This document shows positions 1 through 9,179 of a stretch of 64,000 nt of DNA, in pieces. The notes beneath the pieces were generated by a model. It did not search any database. It saw nothing but the letters and a program-made list of their open reading frames with translations, and was not told where the DNA came from. The translations under genes and the position numbers were made by a program. How positions within the stretch are numbered: the stretch's first letter is position 1; each line of letters opens with the position of its first letter. Source of the stretch: an uncultured beta proteobacterium (GTDB lineage: Bacteria; Pseudomonadota; Gammaproteobacteria; Burkholderiales; SHXO01); NCBI GenBank assembly GCA_963772865.1, contig CAVYZA010000034.1:291550-355549 (forward strand). Direction: 5' to 3'.

Positions 1-1381
1 CGTACTCCGAGTCGTTCCAGATCAGCGCCACGAACGGCGTTTTGCAACGCAGCGCCGTCTCGATCTCCTGCGAGTTCATCAGGAACCCGGCGTCGCCGGT
101 GACCGCAACCACTTTGCGCTGCGGATAGGCGAGCTTTGCGGCGATGGCGCCGGGCACCGCCAGCCCCATGGCGGCGAAGCCGTTGGAAATGATGCAGGTG
201 TTGGGCTGCTCGGCGCGGTAGTTACGCGCCGTCCACATCTTGTGCGCACCCACGTCCGAGATCACGATGTCCTCGGGCGCGAGCACCTCGCGCAGGTCCC
301 ACAGGATCTTCTGCGGCTTGACCGGAAACTCCCGGTCCTCGGCATAGCGCGCCTGGTCCGCCAGAATCGCCGCGCGCAACGCCTTGAGCGGCGTGCCCGA
401 ATGCGGCCTCGCCCGCACGGCGATGCCGCGCAGCGCCTCGCCGATCTCGCCCAGCACGCCCACCGCGACGATGTAGCGCTCGTCCACCTCGGCGGGCAGC
501 GCGTCCACGTGCACAATGATCTTGTCGCCCGCCGGATTCCACATCTCGGGGTGGTACTCGACCATGTCGTAGCCCACGCAGATCACGACGTCGGCCTTGG
601 CGAAGGCAAACCACGGGAAGTCGCGCGACTTGAGCCCGATCGTGCCCAGCGACAAATCGCTGGAGAAGGGCATCACGCCCTTGGCCATGAACGTGTTGGC
701 CACCGGGATGCGCATCAGCTCGGCAAAGGTCACCAGCGAATCGGCCGCGCCCTGCCGGATCACGCCGTTGCCCGCCAGGATAACCGGGCACTTCGCCCGC
801 GAGATGATGCCCGCGGCCTCCTCGATCTTGTGCTCTGGCGCCGCCGAGGTATAGGCGCTCTGCACCTCGATCGGGGCCTTGTCCACCGCCATCTCGGCGA
901 TGTTCTCGGGAAAGTCGATGAAGGCGGCACCCGGCTTCTCGGTCTGCGCCACCTTGAAGGCCTTGCGCACGATCTCCGGGACGATCTCCGGCTCGCGAAT
1001 CTGCGCCGTGTACTTGGAGATGGGCTGGAACAGGTTGGTGAGATCGAGGATCTGGTGGCTTTCCTTGTGCAGGCGCGTCGTGGCGCCCTGCCCCGCGATC
1101 GCGACGACCGGAGCGCGATCCATGTTGGCGTCCGCAACGCCGGTGATGAGGTTGGTCGCGCCCGGTCCCAGCGTGGCGAGGCACACACCCGCCTTACCGG
1201 TGAGCCGGCCGTAGACGTCGGCCATGAACGCCGCGCCCTGCTCGTGGCGCGTGGTGATGAAGCGGATGCGGCTGTCGAGCAGCGCGTCCATGACGTCGAT
1301 GTTCTCTTCGCCCGGCAGTCCGAAGATGAGATCGACGCCCTCGTTCTCGAGGCATCTGACCAGCAGCTCGGCAGCTTTCAT
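1..1381 (-). CDS. Thiamine-diphosphate-dependent acetolactate-synthase-family enzyme (N-terminal ~460 codons; C-terminus lies beyond the window start)
   Basis: Reverse translation from the ATG at 1381..1379 reads MKAAELLVRCLENEGVDLIFGLPGEENIDVMDAL...HEQGAAFMADVYGRLTGKAGVCLATLGPGATNL..., typical TPP-enzyme domains. The ORF runs off the edge, so it is absent from the ORF track. Listed ORFs 222..1184(-), 242..1411(+) and others here are wrong-frame shadows. Confidence 0.85.
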   Translation of the reverse strand, partial: MKAAELLVRCLENEGVDLIFGLPGEENIDVMDALLDSRIRFITTRHEQGAAFMADVYGRLTGKAGVCLATLGPGATNLITGVADANMDRAPVVAIAGQGATTRLHKESHQILDLTNLFQPISKYTAQIREPEIVPEIVRKAFKVAQTEKPGAAFIDFPENIAEMAVDKAPIEVQSAYTSAAPEHKIEEAAGIISRAKCPVILAGNGVIRQGAADSLVTFAELMRIPVANTFMAKGVMPFSSDLSLGTIGLKSRDFPWFAFAKADVVICVGYDMVEYHPEMWNPAGDKIIVHVDALPAEVDERYIVAVGVLGEIGEALRGIAVRARPHSGTPLKALRAAILADQARYAEDREFPVKPQKILWDLREVLAPEDIVISDVGAHKMWTARNYRAEQPNTCIISNGFAAMGLAVPGAIAAKLAYPQRKVVAVTGDAGFLMNSQEIETALRCKTPFVALIWNDSEY

Positions 1382-1464
1382 GTGCGTCCTCGTCCGGTTC
1401 CGGAACGCTGAAGGCCCTCGCTCACGCGAAGGCCGACGACCCGCGGGCCTTCGCTTGACAGCGT

Positions 1465-2753
1465 CTACTTACCCATCACCTTGCCGAACAGCTTCCACTC
1501 CTTGCCGTCGAAGCGGCCGAGCTGCGCGGACTCGATCAGGAAGAAGTCGTCCGGCGCCGTATTCCACTTGATGCCGGGGAGCATCATGGGCACCGCCAGG
1601 TCCTTCATCGAAGCCATCTGCTTCATCACGTTCTCGCGCGACAGGTCGTCACCGCACATCTTCAGCACCTGCACCACGCCTTCGGCGATGACGTAGCCGG
1701 CCACGTTGAACACGTCCTTGATGTCGCCTTCCGCATAGTACTTCTCGAACCACGCCTTGTACGCCTTGAACGCCGGATCGTTGCTCCATTGCGGATCGGC
1801 CGGGTCGACCAGATAGATCGCGGTGATCAGCCCCACCGACTTGTCGAGGCCTGCGGTGGCCCACTGCGGATCGGCGGGATCGACCAGATAGAGCGCGGTG
1901 ATCAGGCCGACGGACTTTTCCATCCGGCGGGGACAAGCACCGCACCGACCGACGAGGAGACGTTGTTGAGGATCTGCAGAGGGCGCCAGCCGATGTCGTA
2001 GCTCTTGCGGATCGCCTGCGCGGCGAACTTCGGCGTGGTGACGTTGAAGAAGGTGTCGGCGCCGGAGGCCTGCAGCGTCACGATCTGCGAGTCGACGGTC
2101 GGATCGGTGACTTCGTAGCTCACTTCGGCAACGATCATCTTCGCCGCCTTGTCTCCGAGCCCGTCCTTCAGGCCGCGCACGTAGTCTTTGCCGTAGTCGT
2201 CGTTCTGGTACAGGATCGCGATCTTCGCATCCGGCTTGTTCGCCAGGATGTACTTCGCGTAGATCTGCCCCTCGGCCGTATAGCTCAAGTTGAAGCCCAT
2301 GGTCCAGGGGAAGTTCTTCGGGTCACCCCACTTGGTGGCGCCGGTATTGACGAAGATGTGCGGGACCTTCTTGGCATTGACGTACTTGTGGATCGCGGTG
2401 TTGGTCGGCGTGCCCAGCGTGCCCGCGAGGAACAGCACCTGTTCCTCCTCCACCAGCTTGCGCATCTGCTCCACCGTGCGCGGCGGGCTGTAGCCATCGT
2501 CCAGGCTGATGAAATTGATCTTGCGGCCGTTGATTCCGCCTTGATCGTTGATCATCTTGAAGTAGGCGGCCTCGGCACGTCCGATGGTGCCGTACGCCGA
2601 CGCCGGACCACTGTAAGCGTTGGTGCTGCCGATCTTGATCTCGGTATCGGTGACCCCCGGACCCTGCTTCTTCTGCGCGAGCGCAGCTCCGGCGGTGAAC
2701 AACAGGCAAGCGGCGGCGAGGGCAAGCAGCCTCGCCCCGGACAACGGTCGCAT
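1465..2753 (-). pseudogene. LivK/LivJ-type branched-chain amino-acid ABC substrate-binding protein, frame-disrupted and carrying an internal 75-bp duplication
   Basis: There is an internal ATG at 2753 preceded by GAGGAGGAG, then a signal peptide MRPLSGARLLALAAACLLFTAGAALAQ and a typical periplasmic binding-protein sequence (ORF 1902..3131). The C-terminal part continues in ORF 1465..1923. The frame breaks at about 1921-1925 (..VLVPAGWKSPSA* versus MEKSVGLITA..). Confidence 0.8.
1786..1935. repeat. Imperfect 75-bp tandem duplication (2 copies) inside the binding-protein gene
   Basis: ccattgcggatcggccgggtcgaccagatagatcgcggtgatcag... at 1786 recurs as ccactgcggatcggcgggatcgaccagatagagcgcggtgatcag... 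at 1861. At protein level, KSVGLITA(L/I)YLVDPADPQW occurs twice, 25 aa apart. Confidence 0.85.
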
Positions 2754-2845
2754 CGTAGTCTCCTCCTCGTTGGGCGTGCGATTCCCCGCCACGCAGGCGG
2801 GCACGCCGGCAGTGTAGCGCGAGGGCCCCGCCCGTGACCAGCCGC

Positions 2846-3643
2846 TCAGCGCGAGTTGCGAGCGGTCGTGCCTGCCGCGGTGGTCAGCCGCCCCAGCTCG
2901 ATCTTGGCGGAGGCGTACTCGAGGTAGTGCTTGACGCCTGTGGCAACGGCGCTCTGAAATGCGCGCCGCGCGCCCTCGCGGTCCCCGGCCAGCAGCCGGT
3001 AGTGACCGAGGAAGAAGTACGCCTCGCACAGGTTCATGACCTCGGTCTTGCGATCGAAGCTCCACGCGCCGGCGAGCATCTCGTCCGGCGTGATCTCGCC
3101 GAGCAGCAGCATGACCGCAGGGCCGGGCCACTGCGACACATCGGCCGCAACCGGCAGCGAGGAGACCGCTGCGCGCGCGTCCTCGCCCAGGCGCGCGGTG
3201 GCAAGGTAGAGCCAGATCACCGCGTGCAGCTGATCCTCACCCTCCTGGGTCGCGACGGCGCTGCGGAAATCCGCTTGGGCGGCACGGAAGTCTCCGCGCA
3301 TGAACAACGCGTGACCGCGGCTGCGCGGGAGCGCCGCCAATTCTGGATCGAGCCTGCGCACCTGTTCGAAATCCGCCAGCGCCTCGTCGTATCGGCCGAG
3401 CTTGGTGTACACCTCGCCGCGCGTGAGGTAGGCGACCGCGAGCGCCGGATCGGCCTGGATGGCCGTTTCGAGGTCGTCGAGCGCATCCGCCGGCCGCTCC
3501 ATGTTGCTGTAGGCGATCGCCCGCCCCACCAGCGCCTGCGCCAGCTCGTGCCCTTCCAGGCCGCTCGCGGCGATCTGATCGGACAGGGCTTGCACGGCAG
3601 CCAGTTGCTCTCGCTCGATACCCGCGTCCACCTCGGCCACCAC
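2846..3643 (-). CDS. TPR-repeat protein (NlpI-like); possibly the C-terminal part of the upstream transglutaminase-like gene
   Basis: ORF 2846..3643 starts with GTG. It contains 34-aa TPR-like units such as AVAYLTRGEVYTKLGRYDEALADFEQVRRLDP and RSRGHALFMRGDFRAAQADFRSAV. It has no signal peptide of its own. Confidence 0.7.
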   Translation of the reverse strand: MVAEVDAGIEREQLAAVQALSDQIAASGLEGHELAQALVGRAIAYSNMERPADALDDLETAIQADPALAVAYLTRGEVYTKLGRYDEALADFEQVRRLDPELAALPRSRGHALFMRGDFRAAQADFRSAVATQEGEDQLHAVIWLYLATARLGEDARAAVSSLPVAADVSQWPGPAVMLLLGEITPDEMLAGAWSFDRKTEVMNLCEAYFFLGHYRLLAGDREGARRAFQSAVATGVKHYLEYASAKIELGRLTTAAGTTARNSR

Positions 3644-5745
3644 ACCACGCTCCAGCGCCCCTGCAGTTGGCGCGATTCGACGGCACGCCGGCGCGCCAGC
3701 TCGACGCCGTTGGCGATGGACAGGTGGTAGGCCACCTTGGTCCGGACCTCGCGCAGGGTGCGCGCATAGGCGGCAAGCTCCGCCGCCGGCACGGCGTCGC
3801 GCTTGTAAACCACGCCGTAGCGGACCTGCAAGCGTCGTGCTGCATACGACCGGCTGACGGTGAACTCCAGGTTGCCGTCGTCCACGCGCACCGGGCTGAG
3901 CGCACCCATCGGCACGTCATCCGGCAACTGCACGTCGATGCTCGTCGTCAGGGCGAACGGATACGGCAACGCCAGCGGAAAAATACGCTGCAGCTTGGCG
4001 GGCGGCTCTGCCAGGTCGTGGATCGGCGCGGCGACGAACTGCGCGCGCAGGTTGGCGCCCTGGGCCACGAACATCTCCGGCACCGAGAAGGCTTGCGTCA
4101 CGTTCAGCCGGTTCTCTTCGGTTTCGTCGCGCACCTCGGGGACGCCGACCGCGGTGGCACCGGGATGCATGCGCTGCACGTCCGCGAACAGCTCTTCGCC
4201 GAGGCGCTCGGTCCCCGCCGCAGCGATCGCGCCGCGCGCGCCCTCCGCCAGCGCGCCGCTGAACGTGACGGTGGCCTTGAGCGCGATCGGCCCGCGATAG
4301 TCGCTGACGGCGTACTCGTAGCGCGTGTCGACACCCTGGCGGTAGCCCGCCGGCACTTGCACCGACTGCAGGCCGGTCGCCGCAACCCCGGTGACCAGGG
4401 CCCAGTGGAACGGGGTCATGCCGATGCGGTCCAGCCCACCTTCCTGATGGGTACGGGTCGGGTCCAGCCAGTAGGTCTGGCCGTCCACCTGCACCTGCAC
4501 GATCATGTGGTCGAACAGGGCGGGCATCGGCATCCAGTTCTGCGCCGCACGCCCCGCCCAGGTCGACACCAGCGCAGGGCGCGCCTGCTCGCCGAGGCCG
4601 CGCAGAATGGCGGCGAGCAGCACCGACTTGTCCTTGCAGTCGCCGTAGCGGCGCCGGAACACGTCGCTCGGGTGGGCGGCGCGATAAGAGCCTTCGCCGA
4701 TTTCCACGCCGACGTAGCGCACCTGCTCCTGCACCAGTCTGAGCGCCTGGCGCACCCTCTGGCGGGTGTCCTGGCTGCCGGCACGCAGCTCGGCGATCGC
4801 TGCGCGCAGCTCCGGCGACAGGTCGTCCGGAACGCGATACAGGCTGTCGGCCCATTTCGCAACGTCGGCCCAATCCGCGTACTCGGAAACTTCGAGGCGC
4901 GGCGACATGGCCGCCGCCGGGGGCGCATGCTCCTCGGGGCGGGTCGCGGCAAGATTGTCGAGCTGCACCTGCCATTGCTTGTAGCGCCCGTGCTGCGAGA
5001 TTCTCACCTTCGCGCTCGAGCCCACAGTGCGCAGCTGCACCGGCCGGCGCGCATCCGCCAGAACCCGCAGTTTGTACAGGTCGAGCGGGGCGGGAAATGC
5101 CAGCGACAGGACATGGTTGTAACGCCCACCCAGCGCGGGGTTGATGCCAGCCAGGGTGTACTCGACGTCGATGCTGTCGCCCACGCGCACGTCGTCGAGC
5201 GTAAAGCTGGCAGTCGCAGTGCCGTCGTAGAGTCCGGCCTCCAGGCCCAGCTCGCGGCGCATCAGCTCGGGGCGCAAGGTGGACAGCTTCTCGGTGCGGT
5301 TGGGACCCCGCAGCACCGCGACCGAATGCAGCGTGAGCGTCTCGTACTGCGGTTGATAGGTGATGTCCACGCGTGCCGCACGCTCCAGTCCCGCCGGCGT
5401 CAGCACCTGGATCGTTCGATGCGAGTAGCGCTGCGGCGCTGCGTCGGCAAGCAACAGCTGCGCGTCGAGCAACCGGTAGCGCAACGGACCTTCCACCGCC
5501 GCGGGCTTGCCTGCCAGTCCCGACATCCGGGTGCGCTGCACCCAGTCGCCCGCGGGGCCGACGAAGTACTCCACCCCATTCTGGACATGGCGCTGAGGGG
5601 CAGCGTACAGACCCGCGGAAGCGCATACGAACAACGCCGCGCAGGCGATCTTGAGCGCCCGCAGCGGCCAGGCGATGACCACGCCACGCCCGCTCGTCCG
5701 CCGGACTCCTGCATCCACGCCACCATCGAAGCCTGCGCTTGACAT
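3217..5745 (-). CDS. DUF3857 + transglutaminase-like cysteine-protease domain protein (the credible coding part ends near 3655)
   Basis: An internal ATG at 5745 is followed by a hydrophobic anchor, VVIAWPLRALKIACAALFVCASAGLYA. The transglutaminase core motif is RRYGDCKDKSVLLAAILRGLG. After ..VELARRRAVESRQLQG the frame turns Arg/Trp-rich and overlaps the TPR ORF in another frame. Confidence 0.7.
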   Translation of the reverse strand: MSSAGFDGGVDAGVRRTSGRGVVIAWPLRALKIACAALFVCASAGLYAAPQRHVQNGVEYFVGPAGDWVQRTRMSGLAGKPAAVEGPLRYRLLDAQLLLADAAPQRYSHRTIQVLTPAGLERAARVDITYQPQYETLTLHSVAVLRGPNRTEKLSTLRPELMRRELGLEAGLYDGTATASFTLDDVRVGDSIDVEYTLAGINPALGGRYNHVLSLAFPAPLDLYKLRVLADARRPVQLRTVGSSAKVRISQHGRYKQWQVQLDNLAATRPEEHAPPAAAMSPRLEVSEYADWADVAKWADSLYRVPDDLSPELRAAIAELRAGSQDTRQRVRQALRLVQEQVRYVGVEIGEGSYRAAHPSDVFRRRYGDCKDKSVLLAAILRGLGEQARPALVSTWAGRAAQNWMPMPALFDHMIVQVQVDGQTYWLDPTRTHQEGGLDRIGMTPFHWALVTGVAATGLQSVQVPAGYRQGVDTRYEYAVSDYRGPIALKATVTFSGALAEGARGAIAAAGTERLGEELFADVQRMHPGATAVGVPEVRDETEENRLNVTQAFSVPEMFVAQGANLRAQFVAAPIHDLAEPPAKLQRIFPLALPYPFALTTSIDVQLPDDVPMGALSPVRVDDGNLEFTVSRSYAARRLQVRYGVVYKRDAVPAAELAAYARTLREVRTKVAYHLSIANGVELARRRAVESRQLQGRWSVVWWPRWTRVSSESNWLPCKPCPIRSPRAAWKGTSWRRRWWGGRSPTATWSGRRMRSTTSKRPSRPIRRSRSPTSRAARCTPSSADTTRRWRISNRCAGSIQNWRRSRAAAVTRCSCAETSVPPKRISAAPSRPRRVRISCTR

Positions 5746-5984
5746 GTGGAACCCTCCTTGGCTGGAGCCGCATCGAGGGCCACACCACGACTGCGATGCC
5801 GACCCAGAGTTCCACCATGGTAGGCACCGGCGCGCGCGCGCCGCTGTGCGGAATGTCACAAGGCGCCAGTGCGGCATGCACGGGGCCGCGTATCGAGACA
5901 GCGCTGCGGAGGTGAACGGCACGAAGCGATTTTATCGACGGCCTGTTAGCATGCCGCGCAGCCGGAACAACTCCCCTGCCGCCG

Positions 5985-7430
5985 ATGCCTCCGCCTCCAC
6001 CGCCCGCTACCGCCCCCCTGCCCCAACGCTGGATCGGACTGGCCGGGATCGGCACCGGCATCTTCATGTTCACGCTCGACGGCAGCATCGTGAACGTCGC
6101 GCTGCCCACCTTGGTGACCGAACTGCACGCGGGCTTCGCGACCGTGCAGTGGATCGTGCTCGCCTACCTGCTGGTGGTGTCCTCGCTCGTGATGGGCGCG
6201 GCGCGCATGGGCGACCTGTACGGCAAGAAGCGCATCTATCTGTGCGGCCTGGGCCTGTTCACCGCGGCGTCGCTGGGCTGCGCGCTGTCACCGGACGTGC
6301 GCTGGCTGATCGGCATGCGCGCGGTGCAAGGGCTGGGCGGCGTATTCGTAGCCGCGCTGGGCGCGGCGATCATCGCGGAGATCTTTCCGCCCAAGGAGCG
6401 CGGCCGGGCGCTCGGCTTCATCGGTACCAGCGTGCTGCTCGGTGTCGCCCTGGGACCGACCTTGGGCGGCCTGATCCTGCACTACGCGAGCTGGCACTGG
6501 ATGTTCCTGGTCAACATCCCGATCGGCATCGCGGTGATCGGCGTGCTGAGTCGAGTCCTTCCTCCTATCGCCCGGTCACACGGCCGCGCCGGGTTCGACT
6601 GGCTCGGTACCGTGCTGCTTGCCGTCGGGCTGGTGAGCCTGGCGCTCGCCTTGACCTACGGGCAGCGACAGGGGTTCGGGACCAACCAGGTGCTCGCGCT
6701 GTTCGCGCTGGCGATGGCCGGGATCGGCTCGTTCCTGGTCTGGCAACGGCAAGCCGCCTCGCCGCTGATCGACCTGCGCCTGTTTTCCAACAGCCGGCTC
6801 GCCGGCGGGCTGGCCGCCTGCCTGCTGACCTTCGTGGTGATCGGCGGCATGACGTTCATCCAACCGTTCTTTCTCCAACTCGTCGGCGGCTTTACCGCCG
6901 CACAAGTCGGACTGCTGCTGGCGATCTCACCGGTGGTCGGAGGCGTGACCGCACCGATGTCGGGTCACCTCGCGGACCGCGTCGGTGCGCGCTGGGTCAC
7001 CGCGCTGGGCGCCTGCTCGGTGGCGCTCGGCTGCTTCCTGCTGGCCACGCTGGACGAGCACGTCACCGCGCTGTCCTTCGCGCTGCGGGTGGCGTTCGTG
7101 GGGCTGGGCACGGGGATGTTCAACGCCGCAAACAACACCAGCGTGCTGAACTCGGTGAAGCGCGAGAGCCTGGGTGTGGCGTCCGGACTGCTCTCGCTCA
7201 TGCGCACACTCGGCCAGTCGACCGGTGTGCCTCTTGCGGCGACGATCTTCGGGCTGGTTGCGCTCGGTCACGCCGGCGCGCGCGATACGCAGGCGCTCCT
7301 GGGTCTGCCGCCCGCTTCCCTGGTGCACGGCACACGCTGGGTCTTTATTGCCGCGGGGCTGGTTGCGCTGAGTGTCGCGGCCGTGACTACCATCGCCAAG
7401 CGCGGCGAAGAACGGGCAACAGGCGCGTAG
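5985..7430 (+). CDS. MFS transporter, DHA2 (EmrB/QacA-like, 14-TMS) drug/H+ antiporter family
   Basis: ORF of 481 aa. The sequence LDGSIVNVALPTLVTELHAGFATVQWIVLAYLL...GDLYGKKRIYLCGLGLFTAASLGCAL is characteristic of the family, and multiple hydrophobic helices are present. Confidence 0.85.
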   Translation: MPPPPPPATAPLPQRWIGLAGIGTGIFMFTLDGSIVNVALPTLVTELHAGFATVQWIVLAYLLVVSSLVMGAARMGDLYGKKRIYLCGLGLFTAASLGCALSPDVRWLIGMRAVQGLGGVFVAALGAAIIAEIFPPKERGRALGFIGTSVLLGVALGPTLGGLILHYASWHWMFLVNIPIGIAVIGVLSRVLPPIARSHGRAGFDWLGTVLLAVGLVSLALALTYGQRQGFGTNQVLALFALAMAGIGSFLVWQRQAASPLIDLRLFSNSRLAGGLAACLLTFVVIGGMTFIQPFFLQLVGGFTAAQVGLLLAISPVVGGVTAPMSGHLADRVGARWVTALGACSVALGCFLLATLDEHVTALSFALRVAFVGLGTGMFNAANNTSVLNSVKRESLGVASGLLSLMRTLGQSTGVPLAATIFGLVALGHAGARDTQALLGLPPASLVHGTRWVFIAAGLVALSVAAVTTIAKRGEERATGA

Positions 7431-7450
7431 TCGACGAGTCGAAGGCCGAT

Positions 7451-8938
7451 TCAACCGCCGGTCGGCCGCCACGTCGACGACAGGTCTGCAGTCTGCGATC
7501 CGACCTGCCGGTCTGGCCCAAGCGGGGAACGAATGCCGACTCGAATTGTGCCGCCGAACTGCGCCGAAACGTCCTTCACCCAGGAGCCGTCCGACCTCGG
7601 CGCGAAGAACAGATCCCCGGTGGCTGCATCGACGCTCAGCGGCGCGCCCGTGTACGGATTTGCCAGCGCCGTCCCGTTGCCGGAGGCCAGGAACGCGGCC
7701 CGCTGCGCTGGTGACGTCAGCGACCGCATGGCCAGCTGCGCGCGCACCAGGGTGATCAGGCCCTGCAGGTCGTGCATGCGCGCGACGTAGTTGGCGTAGT
7801 CGTTTCGGGCGCTGCGGACCAGGATGTTTCCAGCGGGATTGCGTACGTAGTCCCACACGGACAGCGCCTGGTACTGGCTGATGGAGGCACGGGAGGCCTC
7901 GCGTGCTGCGTCGAAGTTCGGAGCCGCCACCTGCGCCACACCCAGGTCTTCCTCGAAGCGGCGGGTCGCCTCGTTGGCCGTCACGTTCGGTTGGTAGAAG
8001 AGCGTCGCCAGCTGGTCGGCGATCCCCGGGGTCTGCGCGCCGCGGTAGACCCACAGCGGCCCGTTGCGGGGCACTTCGTTCAAGAGGAAGCGCAGGCGCT
8101 TCGCCGCTTCGTCGCGCAACGCCGGTTCCAGCACGCTTTCCGCGGCCGACAGCGGACGCACGGCTGCCGCCAGCCGCTCACCGTAGGTGCGCATGGCGTC
8201 CGGCCGTTTGGAGATGAGATCGGAAAGGAACAGGGCGTTCCTGGCGACACACGTATTGGCGACCATCTTGCCGACCAGGCTGGTCGATCCGGCCAGCATG
8301 CGCCGGCTGAAACTCATGTCCGCCTCTGCCAGTGCCACGGCCTGGTCGAACCTGCCCTGGACCGCGGCAGCCGACGCCGCAAGCAGGGTCGCGCTCTGGG
8401 CCCGTGCTGCGTTGTGATACTGCGGCATCGGCGAGAGCACGGAATGGGGAACATAGGCGTCGGCGAAACCGGGCCGCGACCGCATCTGTGCCGCACGGTC
8501 CAGGAGGACCCGCGCTTGCGCGAGCTGGTGGTGCACCTCGCTGCCGCGCCCCTCTGCCAGGTCGATGCATGAGACCTTTTCAGGGACGCAGAATATTTGC
8601 TGGTCGCCAGCATCCGACAGATAGTTGGCGAGTAATGGATCCTGCTCGTCCAGGAAGCCGCCTCGGGCGTCCACCTGCTGCAGCCGCGCGAGAACCCCTG
8701 CGCCCCACGCGTAGGCGTCCTCGGTCTCGGGAGCACGCAGCCCGAGCATCCACACGTAGGCGTTGCGGGCCTCGGCCGGAGGCGGCGGCGCAGCGGCCAC
8801 CAGGCGTCTAGCTTCGACTGACAGAGGCTCATCGAGCGCATTCACAGCGACCGCCCCGGCCATCACCAGCACGATCGCCCCGATAGACCAGCCTGCGAAG
8901 CGGGCGACCTGCAGGGCGACGGAACCTTGTCTTCTCAT
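7451..8938 (-). CDS. Hypothetical membrane-anchored protein
   Basis: ORF 7451..9082. An internal ATG at 8938 (MRRQGSVALQVARFAGWSIGAIVLVMAGAVAV) gives a single N-terminal TM helix. I recognise no motif in the rest. Confidence 0.55.
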   Translation of the reverse strand: MRRQGSVALQVARFAGWSIGAIVLVMAGAVAVNALDEPLSVEARRLVAAAPPPPAEARNAYVWMLGLRAPETEDAYAWGAGVLARLQQVDARGGFLDEQDPLLANYLSDAGDQQIFCVPEKVSCIDLAEGRGSEVHHQLAQARVLLDRAAQMRSRPGFADAYVPHSVLSPMPQYHNAARAQSATLLAASAAAVQGRFDQAVALAEADMSFSRRMLAGSTSLVGKMVANTCVARNALFLSDLISKRPDAMRTYGERLAAAVRPLSAAESVLEPALRDEAAKRLRFLLNEVPRNGPLWVYRGAQTPGIADQLATLFYQPNVTANEATRRFEEDLGVAQVAAPNFDAAREASRASISQYQALSVWDYVRNPAGNILVRSARNDYANYVARMHDLQGLITLVRAQLAMRSLTSPAQRAAFLASGNGTALANPYTGAPLSVDAATGDLFFAPRSDGSWVKDVSAQFGGTIRVGIRSPLGPDRQVGSQTADLSSTWRPTGG

Positions 8939-9179
8939 GACTCGCTGCCTGGCGCGAATTCCCGCGCCGGTGCCGGCGATAAAGCCGTATGGATGAATGG
9001 GTTGGCCCACGGACCGAAAACGCGCCGGGTTGCCGAGAGGCCTGCAGAGGTCGCGACCGTGCTTGGCCACTGCCACTGCCACGAATAACGGCAGTCTGGC
9101 GGCAGCCCTTAGCCGGGTGTTGAAAAAAGCATTCGGGGCACCCGACCGAGCCGGGTGTGCGAAGCGGGAAGGTGTACGG

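Noticed and set aside
242-1411. 389-aa plus-strand ORF and the 320-aa minus ORF 222..1184
   Set aside because: Both are wrong-frame or antisense relative to the TPP-enzyme gene, which reads cleanly from 1381 to the window edge.
5651-7714. 687-aa plus-strand ORF overlapping the MFS gene
   Set aside because: It is an alternative frame of the MFS transporter region. It is Arg/Pro/Gly-rich with no TM pattern, whereas frame 5985..7430 gives a canonical DHA2 transporter.
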